Position numbers and translations under genes: made by a program
The notes under the pieces: model-generated
Databases searched by the model: none
Seen by the model: the letters and a program-made list of their open reading frames with translations, nothing else
Told to the model about the DNA's origin: nothing
Shown: positions 36,882 through 47,587 of the stretch, one piece after another
How positions within the stretch are numbered: the stretch's first letter is position 1
How the letters are laid out: the number at the start of each line of letters is the position of its first letter
DNA from: an uncultured Verrucomicrobiae bacterium
GTDB lineage: Bacteria; Verrucomicrobiota; Verrucomicrobiia; Limisphaerales; Palsa-1400
Direction of reading: 5' to 3'
Assembly (NCBI GenBank): GCA_963707025.1
Contig: CAVPOM010000005.1
Span: forward strand, 416,001 to 480,000
DNA length: 64,000 bases

Positions 36882-38321
36882 CTAACGGGGCAAGTCCACC
36901 GGGGCGTCGGCCACCTGCCAGGCCATGACGGCAAAGGCGGCGGCGCACAGGCCCAGTTGCTGCGGATTGAGTTTGTCCATCGTGTCCGCCGCGCTGTGGT
37001 GATACCAAAAATAATTGGTGCTGTCGCAGTGCAGCGACATGACCGGCACGCCATCCTGGATCAGCTCATTGACATCGGCGTCGCCTCCGCCCTTGGTCAC
37101 ATTGCGCATGCCCAATTGCGCCAGCGCGCCGGTCCATTCCTTGAGATTGGCCAGCGCCTTGTCGCTCCCGGCAAAGGAAAAGCTGCGGGGCTGGAAGGCG
37201 CCGCTGTCCGATTCGATGGCCAGAATGTGTTTGGCCAATTCGGCTTTGTGGCGCTTTTCATAACCTTTGGCTCCCGATCCGCCATTTTCCTCGTCCGTCC
37301 AGAGCACCACGCGCACGGTGCGGCGCGCACGCAAGCCCAGTTGCTTCATCAGGCGGACGGCTTCCCAGGCGGTAATCGCGCCGCCGCCGTCGTCCTCCGC
37401 CCCCTGGCCCACGTCCCAGGAATCAATGTGGCCGCTGACAATGACCACCTCCTCCGGCAGGTCCCGGCCCGTGATTTCGCCGATGACATTGCGCGAGGGC
37501 GCGTCCGGCAAGGTGGCCGCGCTCATTTGCAGATGGACCACGATTTTTTCGCCGCGTTCCTGCATCCGCTGCATCATGTCCGCATCTTCCACCGTGATGG
37601 CGGCGTGCGGAATTTTTGGGACGGTGTTGCTGTACAACATCGCTCCGGTGTGCGGCGTTTTCAGCGAAACGGGCGTGACGGACCGGATCAAGCTGGCCAC
37701 CGCCCCGGCCTTGGCCGCTTCCACCGCGCCATCGCGGCGGATGCGCACCGTTCTGCCGTAGGTCTCAAAAGGCTGGTTGATCAGGACAATTTTCCCGGAC
37801 GCTTCCCTGGCGCGCCGCTGCAACTCGGCGAAATTGGTGACCACCAACACCTCGGCGGTGAGGCCGGCCGGCCGTGGGCCGATGCTGTTGCCGGAAGTCC
37901 TGGGCGTCTGCAAGGCGTGCTTGGGGATGCCGGCCGGCGGTGTGCCGATGCTGTTGCCCAGGCCGAGCATCGGCAGCGCCACCCGGCGCGGCCGCAGCAT
38001 CTCGGCCGATTCCGCCCCGCGCACCCAATGGGGAACCATGACCTCCTCGCCATGCACATTATCCAGGCCGTCCTTCTTCATTTCTTGCAGAATCCAATCC
38101 AGCGCCGCTTCCAAATTGGTGGAGCCGGCCTGGCGCGGCCCGAAGGTGTCGCACAATCTGGCCAGCCGCCGATAGGCGAAATCCGTGTTGGTGGCGGCGA
38201 TGAGCCGGTCGGCGGGAGCACCTCCGGCGGGCAAATCCTGTTGCGCCCTGGGCGCGATGGCGGAGGCGGCCAAAACCGAACCGCAAGCCACCAGCCGCCA
38301 GGGCGTGAGCGTCATTTTCAT
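36882..38321 (-). CDS. M28 metallopeptidase (carboxypeptidase Q-like)
   Basis: CDTFGPR, GHIDSWDVGQGAEDDGGG, DEENG, IESD, YHHSAADTMDK; signal peptide. Confidence 0.88.
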   Translation of the reverse strand: MKMTLTPWRLVACGSVLAASAIAPRAQQDLPAGGAPADRLIAATNTDFAYRRLARLCDTFGPRQAGSTNLEAALDWILQEMKKDGLDNVHGEEVMVPHWVRGAESAEMLRPRRVALPMLGLGNSIGTPPAGIPKHALQTPRTSGNSIGPRPAGLTAEVLVVTNFAELQRRAREASGKIVLINQPFETYGRTVRIRRDGAVEAAKAGAVASLIRSVTPVSLKTPHTGAMLYSNTVPKIPHAAITVEDADMMQRMQERGEKIVVHLQMSAATLPDAPSRNVIGEITGRDLPEEVVIVSGHIDSWDVGQGAEDDGGGAITAWEAVRLMKQLGLRARRTVRVVLWTDEENGGSGAKGYEKRHKAELAKHILAIESDSGAFQPRSFSFAGSDKALANLKEWTGALAQLGMRNVTKGGGDADVNELIQDGVPVMSLHCDSTNYFWYHHSAADTMDKLNPQQLGLCAAAFAVMAWQVADAPVDLPR

Positions 38322-38530
38322 ATAGATTACGGACGACCGTTGCGGCCTTGGATTATGCGATGCGCGGCCCGGACGGCAAGCGCATACTGGCCGGGGCATT
38401 TCCCACGCAGAATCCAGGCGGAGGAATCCGCAAATTTCGCGAAGAGCCGCCAATTTCAAATCCGTCCTGCGCGCCATTCGCCGATGAAGGCATTTCTTCC
38501 GGGCGCGAAACGAAAAACCTGAAAAAGTTG

Positions 38531-38559
38531 TTGATATCCCGCCTGAGACGTTTTAGGGT
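38531..38559 (+). promoter_or_regulatory. sigma70 promoter of the tRNA
   Basis: TTGATA-17nt-TAGGGT. Confidence 0.5.
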
Positions 38560-38578
38560 CTTATTTCACGGTAGTGGC

Positions 38579-38655
38579 CGGGGCGTAGCGTAGCTTGGTA
38601 GCGCGTCTGAATGGGGTTCAGAAGGTCGTGAGTTCAAATCTCACCGCCCCGACCA
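38579..38655 (+). tRNA. trnP: tRNA-Pro (GGG)
   Basis: Acceptor CGGGGCG/CGCCCCG, anticodon arm TCTGA-ATGGGGT-TCAGA, T-loop GTTCAAATC, encoded CCA. Confidence 0.95.
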
Positions 38656-38814
38656 TTTTTCTACCCGGCAAAAGCAAGGTGTTCAAGGTCTTGCGTTTCA
38701 ACACTAGGAAAAGGCAACGGAGCGAGTTGTTGGTTCGCTTTTATGATTGCATGATCTAACAACGATCCTATTGTGGACAGGGTTAACCATGTTGGATCAG
38801 AAACTGTTCAGACA

Positions 38815-41637
38815 ATGAACGTTCACAGTCGCAGGAAGGAGAAGCTCGTTTGTTCTTTGGTGTTCCTGACTTCCTTGCTTTTCGTTTTCACAGGGCGTGG
38901 CTCGTCTGCGCCGGTGGAACTGCGTTGCGAGTATCTGGTCAATCCGCAGGGCATTGATGCGACGCAGCCGCAATTATTCTGGCAGTTGGAGCCGGCCAGT
39001 CGCGCCGTTCGCGGCCGCCGGCAAACGGCCTATCAAGTGCTGGTTGCGACTAATGAGACGGATATTCGTCAGGACAAAGGTGATCTATGGGATTCCGGGA
39101 AGGTGATAGCCGACGAGTCGGTGCAGATCACATACTCGGGCAAACCGTTAACCTCGCAGGAGTCTTGCTGGTGGAAGGTGCGCGTCTGGGACGAAAACGA
39201 CCGCGTGTCCGCCTGGAGTCAGCCCGCGCATTGGACGACAGGGTTGCTCCAGCCTGACGATTGGAAAGGCCGGTGGATTGGGTTGGATGAGCCGACAGGC
39301 GGCCAGCCCGGCAACCTTCCGGTTGCGGTTGCCGGTGAAAGCAAAGCCCGCCGGCTGGCTGCGCGCTGGCTGCGAAAAGAGTTCCCCGTGTCCCGCACAG
39401 TGAAACGCGCCACTGTGTATTTTTCCGGTTTGGGACTCTCCGAACTCTACCTGAATGGGCAGAAGGTGGGTGAAGACGTGCTCTCGCCGGGGTTGACGGA
39501 CTATGACAAGCGTGTGCTTTATGTCACGCACGATGTTACTGGATTAGTCCGGGTGGGGCGCAATGCGGTCGGAGTCATCCTTGGCAACGGTCGCTTCTAT
39601 GCGCCCCGCGTCAGAATTCCCACCCGGACCAGAAGCTTCGGCTATCCGAAACTGCTGTTGCAACTAGAAGTGGAATACGCCGACGGCACCCGCGACGTGA
39701 TCGTCAGCGATTCTTCCTGGAAGCTCACCACCGCCGGCCCGATCCAGGCCAACAACGAATACGACGGCGAGGAATACGACGCCGGCCGCGAAATGCCGGG
39801 TTGGGCGAATGCCGGTTTCGATGACTCCGCGTGGTCGTCCGCGCAAATGGTTTCCGCACCGGGCGGCAAACTCGCGGCGCAGATGATCGAGCCGATTCGC
39901 GTGACCGGAACTCTCCAGCCTGTCGCCCTTGCCGAACCCAGTCCGGGCGTGTTCATTTTCGACTTGGGGCAAAACATGGTGGGTTGGTGCCGCCTCAAAG
40001 TGCGCGGTCCCGCGGGCACGAAGGTACTGCTGCGGCACGCCGAAACGCTCAAGCCGGACGGCACGCTGTATCTCGACAACATTCGCGGCGCCAAGGTGAC
40101 CGATAGTTACACACTCAAAGGCAAGGGACTGGAAGTTTACGAGCCGCGTTTCACCTATCACGGATTTCGCTACGTTGAGGTCACTGGATTTCCCGGCCAG
40201 CCGGCTCCTGCCGCGTTGGAAGGCCGCGTCGTGAATGACGACCTGGCGGGCGCGGGCGAATTCTCCTGCTCACAGCCGATGATCAACCACATCTACCGGA
40301 ACATTGTCTGGGGTGTGCGCGGCAATTACCGCAGCATAGTCACGGATTGCCCGCAGCGCGATGAGCGCCAAGGCTGGCTGGGAGATCGCTCGGCGGAGTC
40401 CAAGGGTGAGGCTTGCCTGTTCGACATCGCGGCACTTTATGCCAAATGGACGCAGGACATGGCCGACTCGCAGAGGCAAAGCGGCAGCATCTGCGATGTG
40501 TGTCCGAGTTATTGGCCAATGTACAATGACGACGTGACCTGGCCCAGCAGCGCGGTGATCATTCCCGGCGCGCTGCTCGATCAATATGCCGACGCCAGTG
40601 TCGTTGCGCGAATGTATCCGAGCTTGGTCAAGTGGGTGGATCACATGAGCGGCTTCATCACGAATGGCATCATTGCCAAAGACAACTACGGCGATTGGTG
40701 CGTGCCGCCAAAGGATGCCAGACAAATTCACTCCACAGACCCGGCGCTCAAAACCGCGCCCGAGATTCTTGCGACGACCTATTTCTTCCATTGCCTGAGG
40801 CTGATGACGCACTATGCGACGGTGCTGGCTAAAAACGCCGACGCGCAACGATTCGATCACCTCGCGGAACAACTCAAGACCGCGCTCAACGAGAAGTTCT
40901 ACAACCAGCAGGAAGGTTACTACGGTAACGGCTCGCAAACGGCCTGTGTGTTGCCGCTCGCCTTTGGCATGGTTCCCGACGCCGAGCGCGGTCGGGTGTT
41001 CAACCATCTGGTGGAGAAGATCACGCAGGAAAGCAAAGGCCACATCGGCACCGGTTTGGTCGGCGGGCAATGGCTCAATCGCGTGCTCACCGAGGGTGGA
41101 CGGGTTGACCTTGTCTATGGCTTCGCCACGAATGCGACGTATCCGAGCTGGGGCTACATGGTGGAGAAGGGCGCGACAACGGTGTGGGAACTTTGGAACG
41201 GCGACACGGCTGATCCGGCCATGAACTCCGGCAATCACGTCATGCTCGTGGGCGATTTCGTCATTTGGCTCTACGAAGATCTCGCAGGCATCCAGTCCGA
41301 CCCCACGCAGCCCGGCTTCAAACACATCCTGCTCCGCCCGCAGCCGGTCGGAGACCTCAAGTGGGTAAAGACATCCTTGCGCTCGCTTCATGGAATTATC
41401 CGGAGTGACTGGAAGATGGAAGGTGAAACCTTTCAATGGAAAGTAACCGTGCCGCCCAATACCACGGCGACCGTGTATGTTCCCACCAGTGACCCAGCCT
41501 TGGTCAAGGAAGGCGGGCGGCAGGCTGCGACAGCGGCAGGCGTCAAATTCTTACGCCGAAATGAAGCTATGGCGGTGTATGAAGTTGAATCCGGCAGCTA
41601 TGACTTTCGCTCACCTGTAAAATCTCTTGAACGGTAA
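38815..41637 (+). CDS. alpha-L-rhamnosidase, GH78
   Basis: LRCEYLVNP, DLGQNMVG, FTYHGFRY, TDCPQRDERQGWLGD, GATTVWELW, MNSGNH. Confidence 0.92.
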   Translation: MNVHSRRKEKLVCSLVFLTSLLFVFTGRGSSAPVELRCEYLVNPQGIDATQPQLFWQLEPASRAVRGRRQTAYQVLVATNETDIRQDKGDLWDSGKVIADESVQITYSGKPLTSQESCWWKVRVWDENDRVSAWSQPAHWTTGLLQPDDWKGRWIGLDEPTGGQPGNLPVAVAGESKARRLAARWLRKEFPVSRTVKRATVYFSGLGLSELYLNGQKVGEDVLSPGLTDYDKRVLYVTHDVTGLVRVGRNAVGVILGNGRFYAPRVRIPTRTRSFGYPKLLLQLEVEYADGTRDVIVSDSSWKLTTAGPIQANNEYDGEEYDAGREMPGWANAGFDDSAWSSAQMVSAPGGKLAAQMIEPIRVTGTLQPVALAEPSPGVFIFDLGQNMVGWCRLKVRGPAGTKVLLRHAETLKPDGTLYLDNIRGAKVTDSYTLKGKGLEVYEPRFTYHGFRYVEVTGFPGQPAPAALEGRVVNDDLAGAGEFSCSQPMINHIYRNIVWGVRGNYRSIVTDCPQRDERQGWLGDRSAESKGEACLFDIAALYAKWTQDMADSQRQSGSICDVCPSYWPMYNDDVTWPSSAVIIPGALLDQYADASVVARMYPSLVKWVDHMSGFITNGIIAKDNYGDWCVPPKDARQIHSTDPALKTAPEILATTYFFHCLRLMTHYATVLAKNADAQRFDHLAEQLKTALNEKFYNQQEGYYGNGSQTACVLPLAFGMVPDAERGRVFNHLVEKITQESKGHIGTGLVGGQWLNRVLTEGGRVDLVYGFATNATYPSWGYMVEKGATTVWELWNGDTADPAMNSGNHVMLVGDFVIWLYEDLAGIQSDPTQPGFKHILLRPQPVGDLKWVKTSLRSLHGIIRSDWKMEGETFQWKVTVPPNTTATVYVPTSDPALVKEGGRQAATAAGVKFLRRNEAMAVYEVESGSYDFRSPVKSLER

Positions 41638-42094
41638 ATCCTGGCATCGCCGGAGAATTTCCCATGCAAAACGACGGAACGAAGAGAATAAAACCAGTTC
41701 GGCCCATTCAGGCAGCCGGTTGCCAAAGACCTGCGCAGCTTCAACGGCGTGGTCCTGTGCCCGGCGCCCACAGGCATCGCCTCTTCACCCGACTATTACC
41801 CTCTTGCCACCCCTGTCCTCGACAGCGGCCTCAGTCCGGCATGACCCGCCCTGGACTGAAGCCAGGGCAGAGGGAATCGTTGGACGAAAAGGAAACAGGG
41901 ACTCGCTTGACCCGGTAAAGGGAGCGCCGGAAAACCGTGGACGGCGCGTCGCGTGGCCGTTCCTTGTTCTGTTCAGATTACGACACCGCCTGGAGCTTGA
42001 AAGCCGCGCCCGGCGCATTTAGGATGACAACTTAGCCGGAGCAATCGCGGGCAAGAGTTTCTGCGCGCGAGTTCAGCATTGGCAGGATCAGATT

Positions 42095-45000
42095 ATGAAT
42101 CGAACCAGCAAGGCACTCGTCAAGGCGGCGATCACCGTCGGATTGTCGGTCCTGTCCGGCTGCGCCCATAAATCCCCGGCGCCCATACCAGACCAGCCAA
42201 AGCCCGCCCAAAGCCCAGGCAGCCCCCTCGAATCAGGTTTCAAAGACCCGCCGGACTCGGCCAAGCCGCGCGTCTGGTGGCACTGGACCGGAGGCAATGT
42301 GACCAAGGCCGGCATCACCAATGACCTGGAATGGATGAAACGCGTCGGCATCGGCGGCGCGCAAATGGCCGACATCGGCCAGAGCGGCGGGCAGACCATC
42401 ACCAATCCCATCACGTTTTTCACCCCAGAGTGGTTTGACGCCGTCAGACACGCCGCCGCCGAGTGCGACCGGCTGGGATTGGAGATGGCGATTTTTAGCT
42501 GCTCCGGCTGGAGCGAAACGGGCGGGCCGTGGGTGAAACCCGAACAGGCCATGAAGAAACTGGTCTGGAGCGAAATGGACGTGCAAGGGCCGATGAAATT
42601 CAACGACAAGCTCCCGCAACCGCCCACCAACACCGGAACTTTCGGCGGGCTGCGCGGACTGAATACCGGTCGCGGCGGTCGGGGAGGCGGGGCCGGTTTT
42701 GCCGGGCGCGGCGGCGCTGGCGACACGAACGCGCCGGGAGCGGCGGCGGCGCGTGGACGCCCCGGCGGAGCGGGCGGTCGCGGCGGTCGCGGCGCGCCGC
42801 CACCTACCTTCTACGGCGACAGCGCCGTCCTTGCTTTTCGCACACCGCCGGATGAAACGCTCATGGAGGACCTCAAGCCCAAGGTCACCAGCAACGGCGC
42901 GGAAATCGAAGGCGCGGCGCTCATGGACGACAACCTGAGCACGAGCGTCACCATCCCGGCCGGGCAGGATGGCGTTGGTTGGGTGCAGTACGAGTTTGCC
43001 CAGCCAATCCAGGCCCGCGCGGTCACGTTGATTGCGCAGGGGCGCGGCGTGCCGTTCGGTCAGATTCAAGTGAGCGACGACGGGACCAACTTCCGCACGG
43101 TCGTTGAAACGCCCGGGGCGGTGCAGTATCGCGCCGGTTCCTTGAAGACTTATGCGTTTCCCGAGACGACGACGCGATTTGTCCGGCTGCGAATGACCGG
43201 GGCAGGACCGGGGCCGGATGCCTCGATTTTTCAGTCGGAGCCGCAGCCGGCGGCCTCGTACGGGATCAGCGAATTCATTGTGCATACGGGCGCGAGGGTG
43301 GATCGCTGGGAGGAAAAGGCCGGCTTCAATTTCTTTTATCAATACGAGGTCGCGCCCACGCCGGCGGTCCCCGCCAGTTCGCTCATTCAACCGCGCGAGG
43401 TGATGGATCTGACCTCGAAGATGAACCCGGACGGGACCTTGAACTGGGAGGTGCCAGCGGGGAAGTGGACGATCCTGCGGATGGGCTATTCGCTGGTGGG
43501 GTCCATGAACCGGGCCGGCATGGCCGGCGGCCTGGGCTTGGAGGTGGACAAGCTCAACGCCAAGGACGTCGCCGCCTATTTTCATGGGTACATGGACCCG
43601 ATCCAGGAGGCAATGGGTCCGCTGCTGGGCAAGAGTCTGCGCTACATGGTGATGGATAGCTGGGAAGCGGGCATGCAGAACTGGACGGATGACATGATCG
43701 CCCAGTTCACCCGGCGGCGCGGATATGACCCGCGGCCGTACTTGCCGGTGCTGGCGGGGCGGGTCGTCGGCAGCGCGGATGTGAGCGATCGCTTCCTCTG
43801 GGATTTTCGCCGCACCATCGTGGATCTGCTCGCCGAAGCCCATTACGGCACGATGGACCGGTTGCTCAAGGAGAAGGGCATGGGCCTCTATTCGGAAGCG
43901 CCCGGCGTCTCGATGGAGATCCTCGAAGACACGCTGCTCACCAAGAGCAAAGTGGATGTGCCCATGGGCGAATTCTGGCTCGGCCGGATGCATCCGGCGC
44001 CGGAGTATTATGTGGACAACCGCATGGCCGCTTCGGCGGCGCATGTGTATGGCAAGCAGTTCGTGGGGGCCGAGTCCTTTACCGGCGGCGGTTATGAGGC
44101 GCCGGCCACTTACAAGAACCTGGCCGACTACTGGTTTGCGCAAGGCATCAACCGCATCTGCTTCCACTCCTCCGCGCAGCAGCCTCTCGACACCAAGCCC
44201 GGCAACACCATGGTCGGAACCCACTTTAATCGCAACATCACCTGGGCGGAGCAGGCCAAGCCGTTTGTCTCCTACCTGTCGCGCGTCCAGTTCCTGCTGT
44301 CGCAGGGGCTGTTCGTGGCTGATTTCGCCTACCTGCTCAATGAAGGGGCGCCTTCGAGTCAGCCGTTCTGGGGCGCGGGGCTGCAACCCTCGCCGCCGGA
44401 AGGATACGACTATGACACGATCAATGCCGACGCGCTCCTCAACCTGGCTTCGGTGAGTAGTGACGGACGCATGGTGCTGCCGGACGGGATGAGCTACCGG
44501 GTGCTCGTGCTGCCGCAGATTGACCGCATTCGTCCCGAATTGTTGCGGAAGATTCGGGACCTGGTGGCCGGTGGCGTGACGTTCATCGGGCCCAGGCCCA
44601 CGCAGTCCCCCAGCCTGCAAGGAGGGTATGCAGAGGCGGACGCCGAAGTTCAAGCACTGGCCAATGAGATTTGGGGCGACCTGGACGGCGCGCAACGCAA
44701 CCGCCATTTCTATGGCAAGGGGCTGGTAACCTGGGGATTAACACCCGAACAAGTCGTGGCCGAGGCGGACCCGCAGCTTATCAATCCCTTGACCGGCGCG
44801 TTGCCGCCCGAAACCGTCACTGCCTCGCTCAACCTTCCCAAGGACGCGGAGTTTGCCGGGCCGCTGGATGCGAGCGTGGTCTGGATTCACCGGCGCACAA
44901 GCGAGGCCGACATCTATTTCGTCGCCAATCGCCGCGATCGCGCGCAGGAGATCGGGGCTCGGTTCCGCGTGGCCGGCAAGGAAGCCGAACTTTGGCATCC

Positions 45001-45676
45001 GGACACGGGGGGCATCGAGCCGGCGTCCTACACGATTGAAAACGGCCGGACCACCGTGCCGCTGCGCCTTGAAGCGCGTGAGTCGGTGTTCGTAGTGTTC
45101 CGGCATTCGGCCGCCAATCCGTCGCGCTTCCTTGCGGCAGTCAAGTCGAAGACCATTGCGACCGTGGCCGGGGCCTGGGATGTTTCCTTCCCGGCGAATT
45201 GGGGCGCGCCGGACAAGATTCAACTCGACCCGCTCGAGTCCTGGACCGCCAATGCCGACGAAGGCGTGAAGTATTTCTCCGGCACCGCCACTTACCTTAA
45301 GACGGTGCAGGCCGCGCCATCGTGGTTCGGCCAGGGGGCAAGGCTCTGGCTGGATCTGGGAGCGGTCGGTGATATGGCCGAAGTGTCGGTCAACGGCAAG
45401 ACCCTCGGCATCCTATGGAAGCCGCCCTACCGGGTGGATGTGACTGACTCGCTGAAACCGGGCGCGAACCAGCTCGAAATCAAAGTCACCAATGAGTGGA
45501 ACAATCGAATTGTCGGCGACCGCGGCGCCACGCCGGCCAAGCGCGTGCTGGCGCAAGCCGGCGGCAGAGGCGGTTTCGGCGGTTTCGGCGGCCGCGGCGG
45601 CGGCGGCCTGGCTAATTCCGGCCTGCTCGGCCCGGTCACCGTCATTGCCACGACCACCGCATCAACCCCCAACTGA
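42095..45676 (+). CDS. GH106 alpha-L-rhamnosidase-like lipoprotein
   Basis: LSGC lipobox; FKDPPDSAKPRVWWHW, GWSETGGPW, DSWEAG, PMGEFW, AESFT, SGLLGPV. Confidence 0.88.
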   Translation: MNRTSKALVKAAITVGLSVLSGCAHKSPAPIPDQPKPAQSPGSPLESGFKDPPDSAKPRVWWHWTGGNVTKAGITNDLEWMKRVGIGGAQMADIGQSGGQTITNPITFFTPEWFDAVRHAAAECDRLGLEMAIFSCSGWSETGGPWVKPEQAMKKLVWSEMDVQGPMKFNDKLPQPPTNTGTFGGLRGLNTGRGGRGGGAGFAGRGGAGDTNAPGAAAARGRPGGAGGRGGRGAPPPTFYGDSAVLAFRTPPDETLMEDLKPKVTSNGAEIEGAALMDDNLSTSVTIPAGQDGVGWVQYEFAQPIQARAVTLIAQGRGVPFGQIQVSDDGTNFRTVVETPGAVQYRAGSLKTYAFPETTTRFVRLRMTGAGPGPDASIFQSEPQPAASYGISEFIVHTGARVDRWEEKAGFNFFYQYEVAPTPAVPASSLIQPREVMDLTSKMNPDGTLNWEVPAGKWTILRMGYSLVGSMNRAGMAGGLGLEVDKLNAKDVAAYFHGYMDPIQEAMGPLLGKSLRYMVMDSWEAGMQNWTDDMIAQFTRRRGYDPRPYLPVLAGRVVGSADVSDRFLWDFRRTIVDLLAEAHYGTMDRLLKEKGMGLYSEAPGVSMEILEDTLLTKSKVDVPMGEFWLGRMHPAPEYYVDNRMAASAAHVYGKQFVGAESFTGGGYEAPATYKNLADYWFAQGINRICFHSSAQQPLDTKPGNTMVGTHFNRNITWAEQAKPFVSYLSRVQFLLSQGLFVADFAYLLNEGAPSSQPFWGAGLQPSPPEGYDYDTINADALLNLASVSSDGRMVLPDGMSYRVLVLPQIDRIRPELLRKIRDLVAGGVTFIGPRPTQSPSLQGGYAEADAEVQALANEIWGDLDGAQRNRHFYGKGLVTWGLTPEQVVAEADPQLINPLTGALPPETVTASLNLPKDAEFAGPLDASVVWIHRRTSEADIYFVANRRDRAQEIGARFRVAGKEAELWHPDTGGIEPASYTIENGRTTVPLRLEARESVFVVFRHSAANPSRFLAAVKSKTIATVAGAWDVSFPANWGAPDKIQLDPLESWTANADEGVKYFSGTATYLKTVQAAPSWFGQGARLWLDLGAVGDMAEVSVNGKTLGILWKPPYRVDVTDSLKPGANQLEIKVTNEWNNRIVGDRGATPAKRVLAQAGGRGGFGGFGGRGGGGLANSGLLGPVTVIATTTASTPN

Positions 45677-45762
45677 AGAGTGGGAGGCAGGCGTGCCCGG
45701 GCCTTTGCCAAGGGTTGCGGCTGCTTGGGGCCGCCACTCCTGGCAAAGGGAGGGTGAGGTGC

Positions 45763-45848
45763 GGTACACCCGTTACACCGTTACACCTGTTGATTATGAG
45801 CCACTTGCGAATTTCGGCCCCGTTACACCCCGTTACATCCCGATACAA
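45763..45848 (+). repeat. Cluster of about six (C)GTTACACC direct repeats
   Basis: Copies at 45763, 45771, 45780, 45821, 45831, 45841, around GTTGATTATGAGCCACTTG. Confidence 0.7.
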
Positions 45849-45877
45849 TTGGGGCCTGTTTTGGCGCTGAACCCTGC

Positions 45878-45982
45878 TCAGCGGCCTTTCTGGCCACTGC
45901 CCGCCGGCATTTCCCGACGATCTCCCCGGCATAGGAGATGATAGATCGCGCCGGGATACTCAATGCTTATTTGGCGTGGCAT
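45878..45982 (-). pseudogene. N-terminal remnant of a Y1/HUH (RAYT-like) transposase
   Basis: MPRQISIEYPGAIYHLLCRGDRRE, then loss of homology and a stop at codon 35; preceded by the GGGGTCAAACC end motif. Confidence 0.7.
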
Positions 45983-46029
45983 CAGTCAAGCCTGCCGCTA
46001 AAAATGCACCGTCCCAAGTGCAAAACCGG

Positions 46030-46052
46030 GCAAATATATGGTTTGACCCCTT
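46030..46052 (+). repeat. TGACCCC end motif A
   Basis: GCAAATATATGGTTTGACCCCTT; 22/23 identical to the reverse complement of 52671-52693. Confidence 0.85.
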
Positions 46053-46332
46053 GCACGACGTTAGATTCCCGTTGCTGTCCAGCTTGGTCGTGGTTGTGTA
46101 AGCCCCGTTGCCGTCCACCCCGTAATCATACTCCACCCCCGCAACCGCCGTCCCCGTCACCCGGTAGGCCAACCCGTCCCCGTATTGCGTGTCCGTCTCC
46201 ATGCTGCCGTCCGGATAATAAATCGTGTGGGTCGGATCTCCGTTGGCGTCGAAACCGTAGGAGTTGGTCGTGATATTGCCCAGGGCATCGGCGGAATGGA
46301 GCAGCCGGCCGGCCGTGTCATAGCTGTTGGGC
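46053..46332 (-). pseudogene. Internal RHS/YD-repeat fragment
   Basis: SYDTAGRLLHSADALGNITTNSY...YYPDGS...YDYGVD...LDSNGNLT; truncated at motif A. Confidence 0.75.
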
Positions 46333-46392
46333 GAAGCACCCTTGCGTCGCAGCGATAATTGACAATGAAAATTGCAAAATGTCATTTTTCTA

Positions 46393-46404
46393 GGACTGAC
46401 CCCT
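46393..46404 (+). repeat. TGACCCC end motif B
   Basis: GGACTGACCCCT after an AT-rich tract, pointing into the immunity gene 3' flank. Confidence 0.5.
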
Positions 46405-46507
46405 CGGCCTTTACCGATCAACCGAATATCTGATTACCATGCTCTACTTTGTGCCAGGCAAACTGAGGATTCCATGCTATTGAACCCACAAAAAACGTCG
46501 AAGAACC

Positions 46508-46906
46508 TCATTTGTCTTCTAGTTGACCCGGACCAAAGACTGTTGTTGTGCCAGCCAATCCGCCAGATCGAATAACCCAGTACCTGCCCTTGGCTTTATC
46601 AAAGAGCACTCGATAAAAAAACATGTCCCTTGCGTTGGGATTCCGAGGCACATCAAAGACCTCAACTCCCGTGCTGGAATCAAGCGGCATATCTTTGCCA
46701 TTCGATATAGGCAGACCCTCAACAGTGAATTCCGCGTGGCCAGCATAACGCTTTGATAGTATTGTTGCCATGTCGTGCGAAGGCGGCGCCTCCATTGGTG
46801 ATTGCAATTTACATCCTGCGAGTATGCTGATGAAGAACAAAATCAGTAGCCCAGGGACGCGGTCATATTTGGTGTTATGGAACAGTATATGGTGGTGCGA
46901 CATCAT
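46508..46906 (-). CDS. Putative immunity lipoprotein for the metallopeptidase toxin (start uncertain)
   Basis: Directly downstream of the toxin [15 protein letters not shown] lipobox; low GC. Confidence 0.55.
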   Translation of the reverse strand: MMSHHHILFHNTKYDRVPGLLILFFISILAGCKLQSPMEAPPSHDMATILSKRYAGHAEFTVEGLPISNGKDMPLDSSTGVEVFDVPRNPNARDMFFYRVLFDKAKGRYWVIRSGGLAGTTTVFGPGQLEDK

Positions 46907-47587
46907 AATATTGCGGTCTGCGATTATTAAGTCCAAGCTTTGCTCTGGCCTGGTCTTCAATGACGATTGTTGGATCGGTTGTCCCCCAGCCGATAGGTAG
47001 TGGGACGTTATTTCTATTAGCATAAATGTTCCAGCAAACAGTCGGATGCAGCTTTTGCTCAATCCCATGACCTACAAGTTCATGCCAAAGAACTACTGAA
47101 AAGGGAGCGCGCTCGTCACGGTATTGTGGTTGTCCAGTGCTGTCCAAGCCGTTATAAACCGGCAAAGGCACGCTGACGTTCTCGTTGATTCGAATCTCTC
47201 GACTCCACCAATGAATGTTCTGTTCGTAGGCGTTGTCTGTGAATGGGGCACGTATCATCTTGTAATTATGAAATGTATCGTTCAGACCCCAACTTAATTC
47301 TGACCACATGCTCCCGTTGCCTGCTTTGTGTATACGAATTTGCTCGTAGTTCCCTTGTAATCCCCAGTATACCCATTTAAGGTCAGCGCCCGTTAGATCA
47401 TCCAAAGCTTTAACTATAGCATTCTTAAATGCTAACGAGCTTTCGCGAGTCGTGATAAGTTCACCCAACACATCAATTTGGTTACAGAGATCGTTCATTG
47501 TAAAGGCGTATAGATTCTGTCCCCCATTTTCTTCGATCGGGTCTCTGGATGGCCACCTTCCCGTGCTCGGGTTGTAATATCTGCAGC
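46875..47587 (-). pseudogene. RHS module 1, 3' part: core end plus zincin-like metallopeptidase toxin domain
   Basis: [15 protein letters not shown]...NLYAF...IDVLG, then VLWHELVGH...[13 protein letters not shown]; separated from its 5' part by an IS. Confidence 0.75.

Noticed and set aside
38636..38655. attR duplicate of the tRNA 3' end
   Set aside because: No second copy found by eye in the window, so island limits are not proven.
41715..41765. Minus-strand TTPLKLRRSLATGCLNG as an integrase box II remnant
   Set aside because: Catalytic histidines are absent and the match is too short.
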